Assembly (NCBI GenBank): GCA_963720565.1
Contig: CAVRFW010000005.1
Span: forward strand, 288,001 to 352,000
Length of the DNA: 64,000 nt
From: Candidatus Bathyarchaeota archaeon
GTDB taxonomy: Archaea > Thermoproteota > Bathyarchaeia > Bathyarchaeales > Bathycorpusculaceae
Reading direction: 5' to 3'
In this document: in pieces, positions 19,913 through 29,827 of the stretch
Position numbering within the stretch: the stretch's first letter is position 1
Layout: every line of letters starts with the position of its first letter
Made by a program: the position numbers and the translations under genes
The notes under the pieces: generated by a model
The model's input: the letters and a program-made list of their open reading frames with translations, nothing else
What the model was told of the DNA's origin: nothing
Databases searched by the model: none

Positions 19913-20947
19913 TTGGGAGTGAATATTCGAGAAATAGTCCCTAAAGCGCCTGTTAGACTAGAGGACCTGAGCGGGAAGTCAATAGCCATAGACGCCTACA
20001 ATGCCTTATACCAGTTTTTAGCGATAATCCGCCAACCAGACGGTACGCCATTGAAAGATAGCACGGGAAAAATCACCAGCCACCTCAGCGGTTTGTTTTA
20101 CAGGACTAGCAATCTCTTGGAGATGGGGTTGAAACCCGTTTATGTTTTCGATGGTGTTCCGCCTGTCCTCAAAGAAGCGGAGATCAAGAGGCGTATGAAA
20201 GCCAAAGAGGAAGCCACGATTATGTACGAACGTGCTTTGGCAAGGGGTGACATGTCCGGAGCGCGTGTCTATGCTCAAGCTACTAGTCGTCTGAAGGATT
20301 ACATGGAGGAAGACAGCAAGAAACTCTTGTCTCTTATGGGTTTGCCTTGGGTTCAAGCGCCCAGCGAAGGAGAAGCACAAGCTGCCCATATGACCAGGTG
20401 CGGAGACACAGACTACTGTGCTAGCCAAGACTATGACAGTTTGCTTTTTGGAGCACCAAAATTGATTAGAAACCTTACGATCTCTGGTCGAAGAAAACTG
20501 CCGAGCAAAAACGTTTACGTTGACGTCGTTCCTGAGCTTGTTGTACTCAACGATGTCTTGAAAGAATGTGCCATAACATATGAACAACTAATCGATGTGG
20601 GTATACTCATAGGAACGGACTTCAATCCAGATGGTATCAAAGGCTTAGGACCTAAGACTGCCTTAAAACTCATAAGAGAAAACAAAACACTCGAGAATGC
20701 TTTACCTCATATCAAGAATGCCGAGTTTCCAGTTGAGCCCCAAAGAATCCGTGACATTTTTATCCACCCTAAAGTCATTGATGACTATGTTCTAGACTGG
20801 AAAGACCCCGATGCGGAAGGCACCATTGATTTTCTCTGCAGGCAAAAGGACTTCTCGGAAGATCGAGTTAGAAAAGCGCTGGAAAGAATGCGGGACGGAG
20901 CTGAGAAGCTTAAAGGGAAAACCACCTTAGAAAAATGGTTTGGGTAA
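19913..20947 (+). CDS. fen: Flap endonuclease 1
   Basis: IDAYNALYQFL, SEGEAQAA, SQDYDSLLFG, GTDFN and a C-terminal PIP box TTLEKWF. Likely start TTG 19913. Confidence 0.95.
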   Translation: MGVNIREIVPKAPVRLEDLSGKSIAIDAYNALYQFLAIIRQPDGTPLKDSTGKITSHLSGLFYRTSNLLEMGLKPVYVFDGVPPVLKEAEIKRRMKAKEEATIMYERALARGDMSGARVYAQATSRLKDYMEEDSKKLLSLMGLPWVQAPSEGEAQAAHMTRCGDTDYCASQDYDSLLFGAPKLIRNLTISGRRKLPSKNVYVDVVPELVVLNDVLKECAITYEQLIDVGILIGTDFNPDGIKGLGPKTALKLIRENKTLENALPHIKNAEFPVEPQRIRDIFIHPKVIDDYVLDWKDPDAEGTIDFLCRQKDFSEDRVRKALERMRDGAEKLKGKTTLEKWFG

Positions 20948-20958
20948 ACCTTAAGAAA

Positions 20959-21636
20959 TTAAGCCTTTTGCCCGTATTCACCGGTCAAGGGTACGAACGC
21001 CACCCCGCCAAGGTTTTCATGCTTGACTTTCCCATCAATTTCCTTAATGACTTTGATGAGGTTTTGGAACAATGACATACTTCCAACTGGAATCAACATT
21101 ATGCCCTTAGGCTTCAACTGGTCAACAAGAGGGATGGGCACATTCGGAGCTGCAGCAGTAACAAGGATGCGGTCGTAAGGAGATTTAACAGCATACCCTT
21201 TGGAACCATCGCCTAAAACTATGGTCACTCTATCGCTGTAGCCTGCGTTCATAATGTTTTTTCTCGCAACTTCAGCGAGACCTTGAACTGTTTCTACAGT
21301 ATACACGTGACCATACTCGCTTCGAGGAACTTCCTTCGGAGCAATTATCTCTGCTATCGTGGCGGCATGCCAACCTGAGCCTCCTCCGATCTCCAGAACC
21401 CTCATTCCGACTTCGAGCTGCAACGCTTCATTCATAATTGAAACCATATGCGGTGCCGATATTGTCTGGCCGAAACCAATAGGAAGAGGCGTGTCCACGG
21501 CGTTGTATGACTGAACGTCCTCCGGAAGAAAATTCGTACGGGGAACAGACTGCATTGCCTTTATTACTTTGGGCGAATGCAGAACACCCTGCCTTATCAG
21601 ACTATCAACTAGTCGTTCCCACTCGCTTTTCTCCAA
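20959..21636 (-). CDS. pcm: Protein-L-isoaspartate O-methyltransferase
   Basis: GQTISAPHMV, VLEIGGGSGW, PYDRILVTAAA and FVPL. Confidence 0.92.
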   Translation of the reverse strand: MEKSEWERLVDSLIRQGVLHSPKVIKAMQSVPRTNFLPEDVQSYNAVDTPLPIGFGQTISAPHMVSIMNEALQLEVGMRVLEIGGGSGWHAATIAEIIAPKEVPRSEYGHVYTVETVQGLAEVARKNIMNAGYSDRVTIVLGDGSKGYAVKSPYDRILVTAAAPNVPIPLVDQLKPKGIMLIPVGSMSLFQNLIKVIKEIDGKVKHENLGGVAFVPLTGEYGQKA

Positions 21637-21711
21637 TTAGAACCACAATAAGAATACTGTAGGCGAGCCCTTTTTAACGTATCCGTGTCAAGATAGGGTG
21701 AAAAGCAAGGA

Positions 21712-23541
21712 TTACTTTACAGTGACTGACTTTGCCAGGTTTCTTGGTGTGTCCGGGTTGTGTCCTTTCTCCAAGGCCATGTAATAAGCTAGAAGTTGCA
21801 GTGGTACCGAGAAAGGAATGGGCGACAAAACTTCGGGAATACCTTTCGGAACCTCAATGTAGTCATCTGAAAGTTCTTTTATTTCTTCGTCACCTTCTTC
21901 CACGACAGCGATTATAGAAGCGCCTCGTGCTTTCATCTCCATTATGTTGCTAATTAACGTCCTGTGTGAGCCATCTTTTGGACAAATGAATACTACCGGA
22001 AAGCCAGGTTCGATTAGACTGATCGGGCCGTGTTTGCTTTCGCCAGCTGGAAAAGCTATTGATGGAACATAGGATATCTCCATTAGTTTGAGTCTGCCTT
22101 CGTAGGCTGTTGCGGTGCTTATCCCTCGACCCAAGAAGAAGAAAACCTTAGCATTCTTGTATTTCTTGGCGAGTTGCTTGGCCTTCTTCTCCTGTTTTTG
22201 CACTATTGTATCCACAATATCTGGCAAGTTCTCCAGTCTTTCCTCAAGTGCATCCATTTCGTCCTGTGAGATTTTGCCCCGCTTCTTAGAAAGCCTAAGC
22301 GCCAGTTGAGCTAGCACTGAAAGTTGTGAAGTGAATGTTTTCGTTGCCGCAACCCCTATTTCTGGACCAGACTGTTGGCCAATATAAACTCGAGAAACAC
22401 GCGTCAGAGTTGAGCCAATCACGTTAGTTAAGCCCAGAATAGTTGCAGCACGTTGTTGGGCACAAGTGACTGCTGCAAGAGTGTCTGCCGTTTCACCTGA
22501 CTGGCTTACCGCCAAAATTGTGCTGTCTATGTTCACTGATTTGCCATGCTGTTCCACAAATTCGGAAGCATATACTGGATAAGTTGGCAAGAAGGCAAGT
22601 TTTGAGAACATGTAAGACGCTGCCAAGCAAGCGTGGTAAGACGTCCCGCAAGCAACAAGAAAAACTTCGTTAGCGCGATCAAGAAACGTGGCTATCAAGT
22701 CAAGATAGTGTTCTTGCATCCTCAAGGTGTTACGGAGAGTTGCTGGCTGCTCATGAATCTCTTTGATCATAAAATGCGGATAGCCCTGCTTTACAGCCAT
22801 TTCAGGGGTCCAATCGATAATTTCTGGCTTTCGTGAGACAGGGCTTGAGTCACGGATTTTTTTTATCTCGTAACCTGCCGATGAAAGAACTATGAGTTCA
22901 CCATCGTTTATCAGAACTGCTTTGTTAGTCACTGGGAGGAATGCTGGAATATCGGAAGCGCAGTAAACGCCATCTTTGCTTACTCCAAGAACTAGTGGGC
23001 TTTCGTTTCTGGCGCATATTATTTTGTCCGGCTCTCTGGTTGAGATTACTGCAATGGCGTAAGAGCCTTCAAGAGCTTTGACGGTTTCAAGCACGGCGTC
23101 AGCCAGACTGAGTGACGAGTCTTTCTTTAGAGTTTCTTCTATGAGATGAGGTATGACTTCAGTGTCAGTTTTGGAGACAAAACGATGACCGAGATTTTCT
23201 AATTCAAGCTTTAGTTCGCTAAAATTCTCAATGATTCCATTGTGGACAACGGCTATTTGCCCTGTGCAATCCAAGTGGGGATGTGCGTTGATTTTAAGTG
23301 GCGCGCCATGTGTAGCCCAACGCGTGTGGCCGATGCCAATTTTTCCGGGAAGATCGTCAAGATTTATGATCCTGTGAACTTCATCGATTTTTCCCTGATC
23401 TTTTTTCAAACTAATTTTGTTCTTGTTTATAGTGGCTATTCCCACTGAATCGTAGCCACGGTATTCAAGACTTTTCAGCGAAGCATGAATTAACGGTGCC
23501 GCTGTTCCTTCTTTCAATATGCAACCAAAAATCCCGCACAT
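21712..23541 (-). CDS. glmS: Glutamine-fructose-6-phosphate transaminase (isomerizing)
   Basis: MCGIFG (start 23541), LEYRGYDS, GHTRWATHG, SQSGETADT and PRNLAKSVTV. Confidence 0.97.
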   Translation of the reverse strand: MCGIFGCILKEGTAAPLIHASLKSLEYRGYDSVGIATINKNKISLKKDQGKIDEVHRIINLDDLPGKIGIGHTRWATHGAPLKINAHPHLDCTGQIAVVHNGIIENFSELKLELENLGHRFVSKTDTEVIPHLIEETLKKDSSLSLADAVLETVKALEGSYAIAVISTREPDKIICARNESPLVLGVSKDGVYCASDIPAFLPVTNKAVLINDGELIVLSSAGYEIKKIRDSSPVSRKPEIIDWTPEMAVKQGYPHFMIKEIHEQPATLRNTLRMQEHYLDLIATFLDRANEVFLVACGTSYHACLAASYMFSKLAFLPTYPVYASEFVEQHGKSVNIDSTILAVSQSGETADTLAAVTCAQQRAATILGLTNVIGSTLTRVSRVYIGQQSGPEIGVAATKTFTSQLSVLAQLALRLSKKRGKISQDEMDALEERLENLPDIVDTIVQKQEKKAKQLAKKYKNAKVFFFLGRGISTATAYEGRLKLMEISYVPSIAFPAGESKHGPISLIEPGFPVVFICPKDGSHRTLISNIMEMKARGASIIAVVEEGDEEIKELSDDYIEVPKGIPEVLSPIPFSVPLQLLAYYMALEKGHNPDTPRNLAKSVTVK

Positions 23542-23767
23542 TTCTGTAGCCTCATTTGCTCCATACCATGTCTTATAAGCCACTATCAATCTGATTTTTC
23601 GCTAATAAGGGTTTTTAGGAATAAACTTTCAGTTCTGAAAGAAATTTTTTAGGAGCTTTACCAGATTATCCGTAATAAGGTATTCTGGAGATCGACAAAG
23701 CTCGGGTTTTTGCTCAGCCTTATAACAAAATTTTTAATAGTGCATACTCACCTACTTTAAGAACAAT

Positions 23768-24733
23768 ATGTACAAGAAAATGCTTCTCCAAAACGACGAT
23801 GGTGCCCAAAAAGCAAAAGAAATCAGCATTATGCGAGACGCCCAGAAACTAAAAATGATTCTGGGCAACTTGAGCTGGAAAATCCTAACGATGCTGTCAG
23901 AGAAAGAAATGTATCCTCTAGAAATCGCCCGAAAACTGGGGGTGCACGAACAGAAAGTCTATTATCACATCCGGAAACTGGCAAAAGCAGGAGCGATAGC
24001 CGTTGAAAAGGAAGAAAAGAAAAAGGGCGCAACAGCAAAATACTACAAAACAGTTTCCCCAGCCTTCGGAATAGAATTCCCACAAGGATACAAAACAATC
24101 CAGCCCCTTTCACTCCTAAGTTCAGAAAAACATATCCAACTGTTCTTCAAAGAATTTGTAAACGGAAATGGAGCTTTTGAGGGAAAAATAGTTGTTGGAA
24201 GCCCCACACCTCACGGTCCTTTCAGAACCAGCGCGAGAGATGGTCATTACGCTGCACATTTAGCGCTTTTCATGGGGCAGTTCGCCAAGATGCCGACAGA
24301 CTTTGCAGTTAAGTTAGACGTCGATGTCAAAGCGGAAAAGGAAGAGAAGAATAATCTCATTCTAGTTGGCGGTCCAGGAACGAACCTGCTTGCGCAGGAA
24401 ATAAACGAGTACTTGCCAATCAGGTTCATTATGGAATCTACAGATCAAGGATTCTTGCTTGGCGGTTTGTCGTCCAACAAGACTTCCAGAATTTACACCG
24501 CTGATGTTGCTGGTTTGATAGCTAAAATAGCAAATCCGTGGGACAGTTCAAAGCGTATTATCGTCTTAGCTGGAAATAAGGCGGTTGGAACCAAAGCATG
24601 CGTTTTGGCCTTGGCAAACTTCTGGAGTAAAACATTGCGAGATTACTGTGGTGAAGACAGTTTCGCAACTGTAATTCAAGGTTTGGATTTGGACGGGGAC
24701 GGAAAAGTCGATTCGATCGAGGTAAATGAATAG
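23768..24733 (+). CDS. ArsR-like winged HTH protein with C-terminal S-layer-like alpha/beta domain
   Basis: YPLEIARKLGVHEQKVYYHIRKL HTH, NLILVGGPGTN motif and terminal DLDGDGKVD. Confidence 0.7.
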   Translation: MYKKMLLQNDDGAQKAKEISIMRDAQKLKMILGNLSWKILTMLSEKEMYPLEIARKLGVHEQKVYYHIRKLAKAGAIAVEKEEKKKGATAKYYKTVSPAFGIEFPQGYKTIQPLSLLSSEKHIQLFFKEFVNGNGAFEGKIVVGSPTPHGPFRTSARDGHYAAHLALFMGQFAKMPTDFAVKLDVDVKAEKEEKNNLILVGGPGTNLLAQEINEYLPIRFIMESTDQGFLLGGLSSNKTSRIYTADVAGLIAKIANPWDSSKRIIVLAGNKAVGTKACVLALANFWSKTLRDYCGEDSFATVIQGLDLDGDGKVDSIEVNE

Positions 24734-24735
24734 AA

Positions 24736-25170
24736 TTGGGCACGCATGAGGTAAAGGAGATACTTTTCGGGTACGGGCATGCAAACATCAAAGCCTCCCA
24801 TAGATCGACATTGGAATTCACAAAAGATAAAAATTTGACAAAGAATGGTGACTGCATTGTCGCGATAGGTACCGATAAAGCACTAGAGGATTTGAGCATT
24901 GATTTTAAGGAGAAAATGCGAAAACCAAACGCGAAATTGATTGTGCTGATTGAGGCGGATGGAATCTCGGAACAGTTGACTGCAGTTGGCTCTCCGGAAC
25001 TGAGATTGGTTCATCCAAAAGATATTGTGATAAGGAAAAGTGACTACATATCTGACAGAACGCTAGCTGTTCACGCAGACAAAGCATCGCAGGATTTAAC
25101 CAGAAAACTCGTTGAAAAACTTCAGAATCCAAAACAAGAAGTGAAGATCACCCTCATTGTTCGTAGCTAA
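24736..25170 (+). CDS. DUF371 family protein
   Basis: GHANIKASHRSTLEFTKD..LTKNGDCIV and IVIRKSDYISDRTL. Confidence 0.85.
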   Translation: MGTHEVKEILFGYGHANIKASHRSTLEFTKDKNLTKNGDCIVAIGTDKALEDLSIDFKEKMRKPNAKLIVLIEADGISEQLTAVGSPELRLVHPKDIVIRKSDYISDRTLAVHADKASQDLTRKLVEKLQNPKQEVKITLIVRS

Positions 25171-26237
25171 AGAATCCTTGCGTCGATAACAAATTGCCAC
25201 TCATAAGGCGCGGTCTCACGGATAGTTTTTGCTAAGATTATCCTCTCCAATTTTCTTCCGTTTCTTTCCACTGCTTGAGCGAGAAGCAACTTCTGGTTTT
25301 CTAGTGAGTCAGGAAGGCGGAAGAAACCGTAGTAATGGACCGTGCCCCCTGTAAATTTTAGTGCCTTGCAGGCAACGTCAACGAATTCTGAAGCTTTTTC
25401 GGGCAAATTCATTATCACACGGTCCGCAACTCCTTGAAGTTTGACTTCAATGACCTGCCGTGCGTCTCCATGAATTGGGAAAACTCGGTCCTCCACCCTG
25501 TTGAGTCTAATGTTGGTGTTCAGAAGCTCTATCGCCTTCGGATTCATGTCGATAGCATAAACCTTCACGCCCACTTTGTTCTTTGCCAGCAATATCGAAA
25601 AAGGTCCTACACCTGCGAACATGTCCACGATGGTTTCGTCTTTTTGAACCAAGGCGGCGACTCTCTTGTGTTCTTGTGAAAGTCGGGGGGAAAAATACGC
25701 TCCAGTGACGTCAATCTTAAACCTGCATCCTTGTTCATTATGCATGGTTTCAGTCTTGTTCTTCCCAGCAATAACTCTTAATTCCCGAAGGCGGTATGTC
25801 CCGGTAACTGCACCCATCTTTGCAAGTACTGTCTGGACATTCTTGTGCGAGTCTAGAATAGCTTCACCGATGAGTTTTTCATAGGCTTTTAGTTCAGGAG
25901 AGGTTTCGACTATGGCTATATCCCCGATTATGTCAATCGCTCGTGGCAAACTAGGGATAAGATTTAGAGGCAATTGGTTGCGGACAGCTTCAGCTAGAGT
26001 TTTTCTATGTCTTGATTTTTTTGCGAAAAGGCATGTTGAAAATTGAAGATTAGGAATTTGTGCTTTTAGCATTAGTAACTCCTTTTCGTCTGGATTGCGA
26101 AAAAGGGGAATACAAATGACGTCATCTTCTCTCTGAATCTCTAATTCCTTATTGATCATTTCCAGCTTGTTAACCAGAGCTAACGCTGTTTGACCGTGGA
26201 TTTTGCCAATTATTGCACATAACGAGGTTTCTGGCAT
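25167..26237 (-). CDS. trm5: tRNA (guanine-37-N1) methyltransferase, Trm5 family
   Basis: DIIGDIA, YFSPRL, DMFAGVGPF and RVIMNLP. Confidence 0.85.
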   Translation of the reverse strand: MPETSLCAIIGKIHGQTALALVNKLEMINKELEIQREDDVICIPLFRNPDEKELLMLKAQIPNLQFSTCLFAKKSRHRKTLAEAVRNQLPLNLIPSLPRAIDIIGDIAIVETSPELKAYEKLIGEAILDSHKNVQTVLAKMGAVTGTYRLRELRVIAGKNKTETMHNEQGCRFKIDVTGAYFSPRLSQEHKRVAALVQKDETIVDMFAGVGPFSILLAKNKVGVKVYAIDMNPKAIELLNTNIRLNRVEDRVFPIHGDARQVIEVKLQGVADRVIMNLPEKASEFVDVACKALKFTGGTVHYYGFFRLPDSLENQKLLLAQAVERNGRKLERIILAKTIRETAPYEWQFVIDARIL

Positions 26238-26240
26238 TGG

Positions 26241-27275
26241 CTAATCTCCTTTTTCTATTCTGTAAAGCCCATTTATCCGGTGAACACAGAATTTTGGTTT
26301 AAGCATTTTTTCAGAGAGCCAAATATTCGTTTCTAAATGGTCAGATAAATCTCTTGTTAGAATTGTCGATTTGCCCTCTGCCAAAGCCATGTAAGGAATA
26401 AGCATATCTGCCATGTGAATATCAACGGCGGGCATGGCGGACAACTCTTTGAGTAGCTTTCCAGAAACGTCTCTGCCAATCGCTTCACTTGACTTCTTGA
26501 GCTCTCCAATCGAGTCAGCCCCCAATATAGCTCCTGTTGTGGTCTCTGCCCATAAAGTAATTGAGCTTCCTTTCTGAAGAGGGTTTGACCGATCATTCAC
26601 TATTTGAATTCTTGCAGCATATCCTTTTTCGAAAAGATAATTGTATGCCGCTTTTGCTTGGCGCTCCGCGACGTTTCTTCCATCAAGAAAAGTGCAGATT
26701 GAGACTCCTTTTATGCTTTCTAGTTTGCCGAAGCATCCTAGATCAATTGGTCGAAGTTGCTTCTGTGGCTTTGTCGTCATCGTTACTTCGCCATTTCCCT
26801 TCGGGTAATAGCCGTATCTATGAACAATTATTTCCACTTCAAAACCCATTTTCTTGATCGTTGGCAACAACACGCGCTGCAGATACGTAATGGTTGGAGA
26901 GTGAGACACATCCGTTCCGCCCGTCACACGAAGCCGTACCGCTTGTTTGGCAAATGCACATATGGGTAACACCGTCATCAAAAGCATAGGAATGCTTCCA
27001 GCAGTTCCAATTCCAACTTCGATGTCTCCGCCAAGTATCTCCCGTGGTCTAAACCAGATTTCGCGAGAATTAAGAACCGCGCCTTCCAATTCAGCATTAC
27101 AGATTTTTGCAGCTGCCAGCGTAGCATTCAAGTGTTGTGGTTTTAGTCCTGGTCCTGGTCTATTTTGTCTAATGTTGTAGATGTGTAACGGTTGGGAAGT
27201 GATTGCAGCCAGGGCTATTGCCAATCTAAGGATTGTACCGCTGCCACTTTTCTGGCTTCCATCAATTTCGAACAT
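26241..27275 (-). CDS. rtcA: RNA 3'-terminal phosphate cyclase
   Basis: IDGSQKSGSGTILR, GLKPQH, GGTDV, GYYPKG and AVDIHMADML. Confidence 0.92.
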   Translation of the reverse strand: MFEIDGSQKSGSGTILRLAIALAAITSQPLHIYNIRQNRPGPGLKPQHLNATLAAAKICNAELEGAVLNSREIWFRPREILGGDIEVGIGTAGSIPMLLMTVLPICAFAKQAVRLRVTGGTDVSHSPTITYLQRVLLPTIKKMGFEVEIIVHRYGYYPKGNGEVTMTTKPQKQLRPIDLGCFGKLESIKGVSICTFLDGRNVAERQAKAAYNYLFEKGYAARIQIVNDRSNPLQKGSSITLWAETTTGAILGADSIGELKKSSEAIGRDVSGKLLKELSAMPAVDIHMADMLIPYMALAEGKSTILTRDLSDHLETNIWLSEKMLKPKFCVHRINGLYRIEKGD

Positions 27276-27380
27276 TACACGCAGTTCTCCAACACTACAC
27301 TTTGGCTTTCATACTAATAGCAAGTTTCAAATAATTAATAAGCTCCCTAATTACTTTAGAAAACCTGGGGAAGGTTATTC

Positions 27381-27773
27381 ATGAGCGTCGAAAAAGAGAC
27401 AATAGACAGGCTTATTGAAAGAGTGGATGAGCTTCTATTAGTCCTAAAAAAGATTTCAGAAGATTTGCACTCTATTTCTGCGTCAGCAAAGTCGATTGCG
27501 GTTTCACAAATCACTCAGCCAATGCCTCAAACAACAGGTGTGGCTCATGAAACTCCTGGAAAAAGGACGAGACTGGAAGACGTTCGCATGGCTTTCCCAG
27601 AGGAATTGGAAAACCTTCTCAGTTTTGAAGAGAAAAGCGATTACGTAGTAATAAAACCGAGACAGTTTCTGGGATCTGAAAATTTTGCAAAAATAGCCTC
27701 TGCAGTTCGCGGTTTGGGCGGCGAATACATAAGTGCTGGAAAAGATTCGCATTTCAGAGTTTATAAGACTTAA
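27381..27773 (+). CDS. Conserved hypothetical protein (coiled coil plus small C-terminal domain)
   Basis: Protein-like composition, ending FLGSENFAKIASAVRGLGGEYISAGKDSHFRV. SD-like GGGGAAGG upstream. Confidence 0.65.
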   Translation: MSVEKETIDRLIERVDELLLVLKKISEDLHSISASAKSIAVSQITQPMPQTTGVAHETPGKRTRLEDVRMAFPEELENLLSFEEKSDYVVIKPRQFLGSENFAKIASAVRGLGGEYISAGKDSHFRVYKT

Positions 27774-27836
27774 TCGTTGCTGCACTGCTAAATCAAACAG
27801 AAGTCTCTTTCGCTTCTCTTGATGGCTATGAGAAAA

Positions 27837-28112
27837 TTAGTATAGTATTTCGAAATCTCTAAATTCGCCAACAAACCTCTCCCAAACTATAGTGAAATGA
27901 GTTACTCGAGCGTCCATTGGACCTATTCTGCAAAATTCAATCATTGTATCCACTAATTCACCTCGACCTTCGAAAACCGCTTCGACCTTGTTATCGGGCA
28001 AATTTCTAACCCAGCCTTTCAAGTCAAGGCTATCTGCCCTGCGCTTGGTTTCTGACCTGAAGAATACTCCTTGAACTTTGCCCTCTATGAAAACATGGGC
28101 TCTGACTTCCAC
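27837..28112 (-). CDS. acyP: Acylphosphatase
   Basis: GKVQGVFFR and GWVRNLPD. Start moved to GTG 28112. Confidence 0.9.
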   Translation of the reverse strand: MEVRAHVFIEGKVQGVFFRSETKRRADSLDLKGWVRNLPDNKVEAVFEGRGELVDTMIEFCRIGPMDARVTHFTIVWERFVGEFRDFEILY

Positions 28113-28266
28113 ACCTTTCCCTTCTATATCGTTCTCAGCACGTATATCTGTGGTTTCTGATTGCTTAGAAGCTTTCACTTTAACACATCTCTCTACTACA
28201 CGTATACGTCGTTGAGACACGCGTTTTAAAAGCGTTTTTGGAATGATTGAACTTTAGTGGATTGGA

Positions 28267-28605
28267 ATGTTTCAAAATAATATGGGGAAACTGCTGGTGT
28301 ACGCAACAAGTGGTGCACCTCATAGGAAGCGGTTGCAGTCTGTCAGGATGGCAACAGAGGAGACTGCCAAGCGTCTAAACTTGGATTTTGAAATAATCAA
28401 ATCTGACAAGGGGGCTTCACCAATCTATGTGTATTACGACGGCTGTGATGACGGTGAGCCTATTCCTCTTTACTGCGATAAGGGCAAGGCCGGCGACCTT
28501 GCTGATATTTGCATTGCTTTAAGAAAAATGATTTTTGTCTTGTCTTTTCACCCTAAACATTCGGCATTAAAGCAACTGCGAAACGAGATTATGAGACTTT
28601 CTTGA
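28267..28605 (+). CDS. Hypothetical protein
   Basis: Intact ORF convergent with the next gene. No recognised family. Confidence 0.55.
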   Translation: MFQNNMGKLLVYATSGAPHRKRLQSVRMATEETAKRLNLDFEIIKSDKGASPIYVYYDGCDDGEPIPLYCDKGKAGDLADICIALRKMIFVLSFHPKHSALKQLRNEIMRLS

Positions 28606-28915
28606 ACCTGACTGACTGGTTTTCCAAGAGTACTTCGTAAACTTGATTCACATCAAATCCTATGCCTAAATCGTCGTATTCTTGTTCCGTGAGAAACAGA
28701 AGTATTTTTGGCGTCGACAACTGCGTTCGCTGTGGAAGGAAAGGCATCTGCTGCTGCATCGCCTGGAGAATGTCCTGTGCCATTTTTGCTTCATCGGACT
28801 GAGGTCTAACCACAAAGTGCGAAACCTCGCGTTCTTCAACCAATTCTATTCGCTTCCCGAGGTTACCGTCTAAATCTCTGTTTGACTCGATTTTGTTTAC
28901 CCTTACTCGAAACAA
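28589..28915 (-). CDS. Arcadin-1-like protein
   Basis: The pattern D.DG..GKRIELVEERE...PKILLFLTEQEY..LG..FDV..VYEV.LEN matches my recollection of Pyrobaculum arcadin-1. Confidence 0.65.
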   Translation of the reverse strand: MFRVRVNKIESNRDLDGNLGKRIELVEEREVSHFVVRPQSDEAKMAQDILQAMQQQMPFLPQRTQLSTPKILLFLTEQEYDDLGIGFDVNQVYEVLLENQSVRFKKVS

Positions 28916-29002
28916 CTACTATCACGCTTGACAGAATATCCAAATCAAAGATTTTAACTTATGCCGTTTGCCTAGTTTGGTGAGCTAACAGATAGGCTTA
29001 AC

Positions 29003-29440
29003 TTACGATGCCAATTCTGCCACGGTTTCCTTATTTACATACTTGCCTCTGAATCCCAAGTTTTTTAGAATAATGCGTATGGTATCCGTGGATTTCGGGT
29101 TTGCAAGTTCTTTGAAGTTTCTGAACCGAACAAAAGTCATTTCAGTTCTTCCCTGAGCAAACTGGCAATACTCATCAAACGAAGCGAAACAGGTCTCGGC
29201 ACCGTACATAGCCCAAAGCTCCGATGTTGAACCAGTCAAACGTTCCACAAAGTCTGCGATTCCCAGAATCTGCATTACAGGTTTTTTGACGTAGAAGAGT
29301 AGTTTTTCAGCTGCTCTAGGTGCAACGTGATTTTTACGCACGAAAGCATGAACTCTAATGTCCGTTTTGCCGAGTTGGGAAAGTTTTTTCCAATATTTCT
29401 GGTCGGAAATGAGGATGAAGGCGTAACGCTCAGTTTTCAT
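29003..29440 (-). CDS. PUA-like (EVE/ASCH) domain protein
   Basis: LLFYVKKPVMQILGIADF...ELWAMYG...FDEY pattern typical of ASCH/EVE folds. Confidence 0.6.
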   Translation of the reverse strand: MKTERYAFILISDQKYWKKLSQLGKTDIRVHAFVRKNHVAPRAAEKLLFYVKKPVMQILGIADFVERLTGSTSELWAMYGAETCFASFDEYCQFAQGRTEMTFVRFRNFKELANPKSTDTIRIILKNLGFRGKYVNKETVAELAS

Positions 29441-29827
29441 CTTCCGTATCCTATATATCCCATAATGGTTTCATCCTGAAATAACAGTTTCGGCAACCAG
29501 CTCTATGAGAATATCGATCGCGCGCTATGTCGTAACCACCGGATTCGGATTCGACTGTTGATACTTTTGAAATAGCAACACAGAAAAAGAATCATCCTCA
29601 ACCAGATATAGTGTCCATTGAATTATGACGGCTAAAATTTCTGTTTCACACACTGTCTCTTTCTCATCTGAATGCTGAATTGCAGCATACAAAACTCGAT
29701 TTTCTGAAGAAGTTGCGGTAGCATACTATGATTTGATGCTAAGCGGAAATTGGTGTTTGGCCTGTTTGTTTGACGCTTTTAGGAGAAATCTTTAACATAG
29801 TCACATTTCCATTCTAGTAATAGAGAT

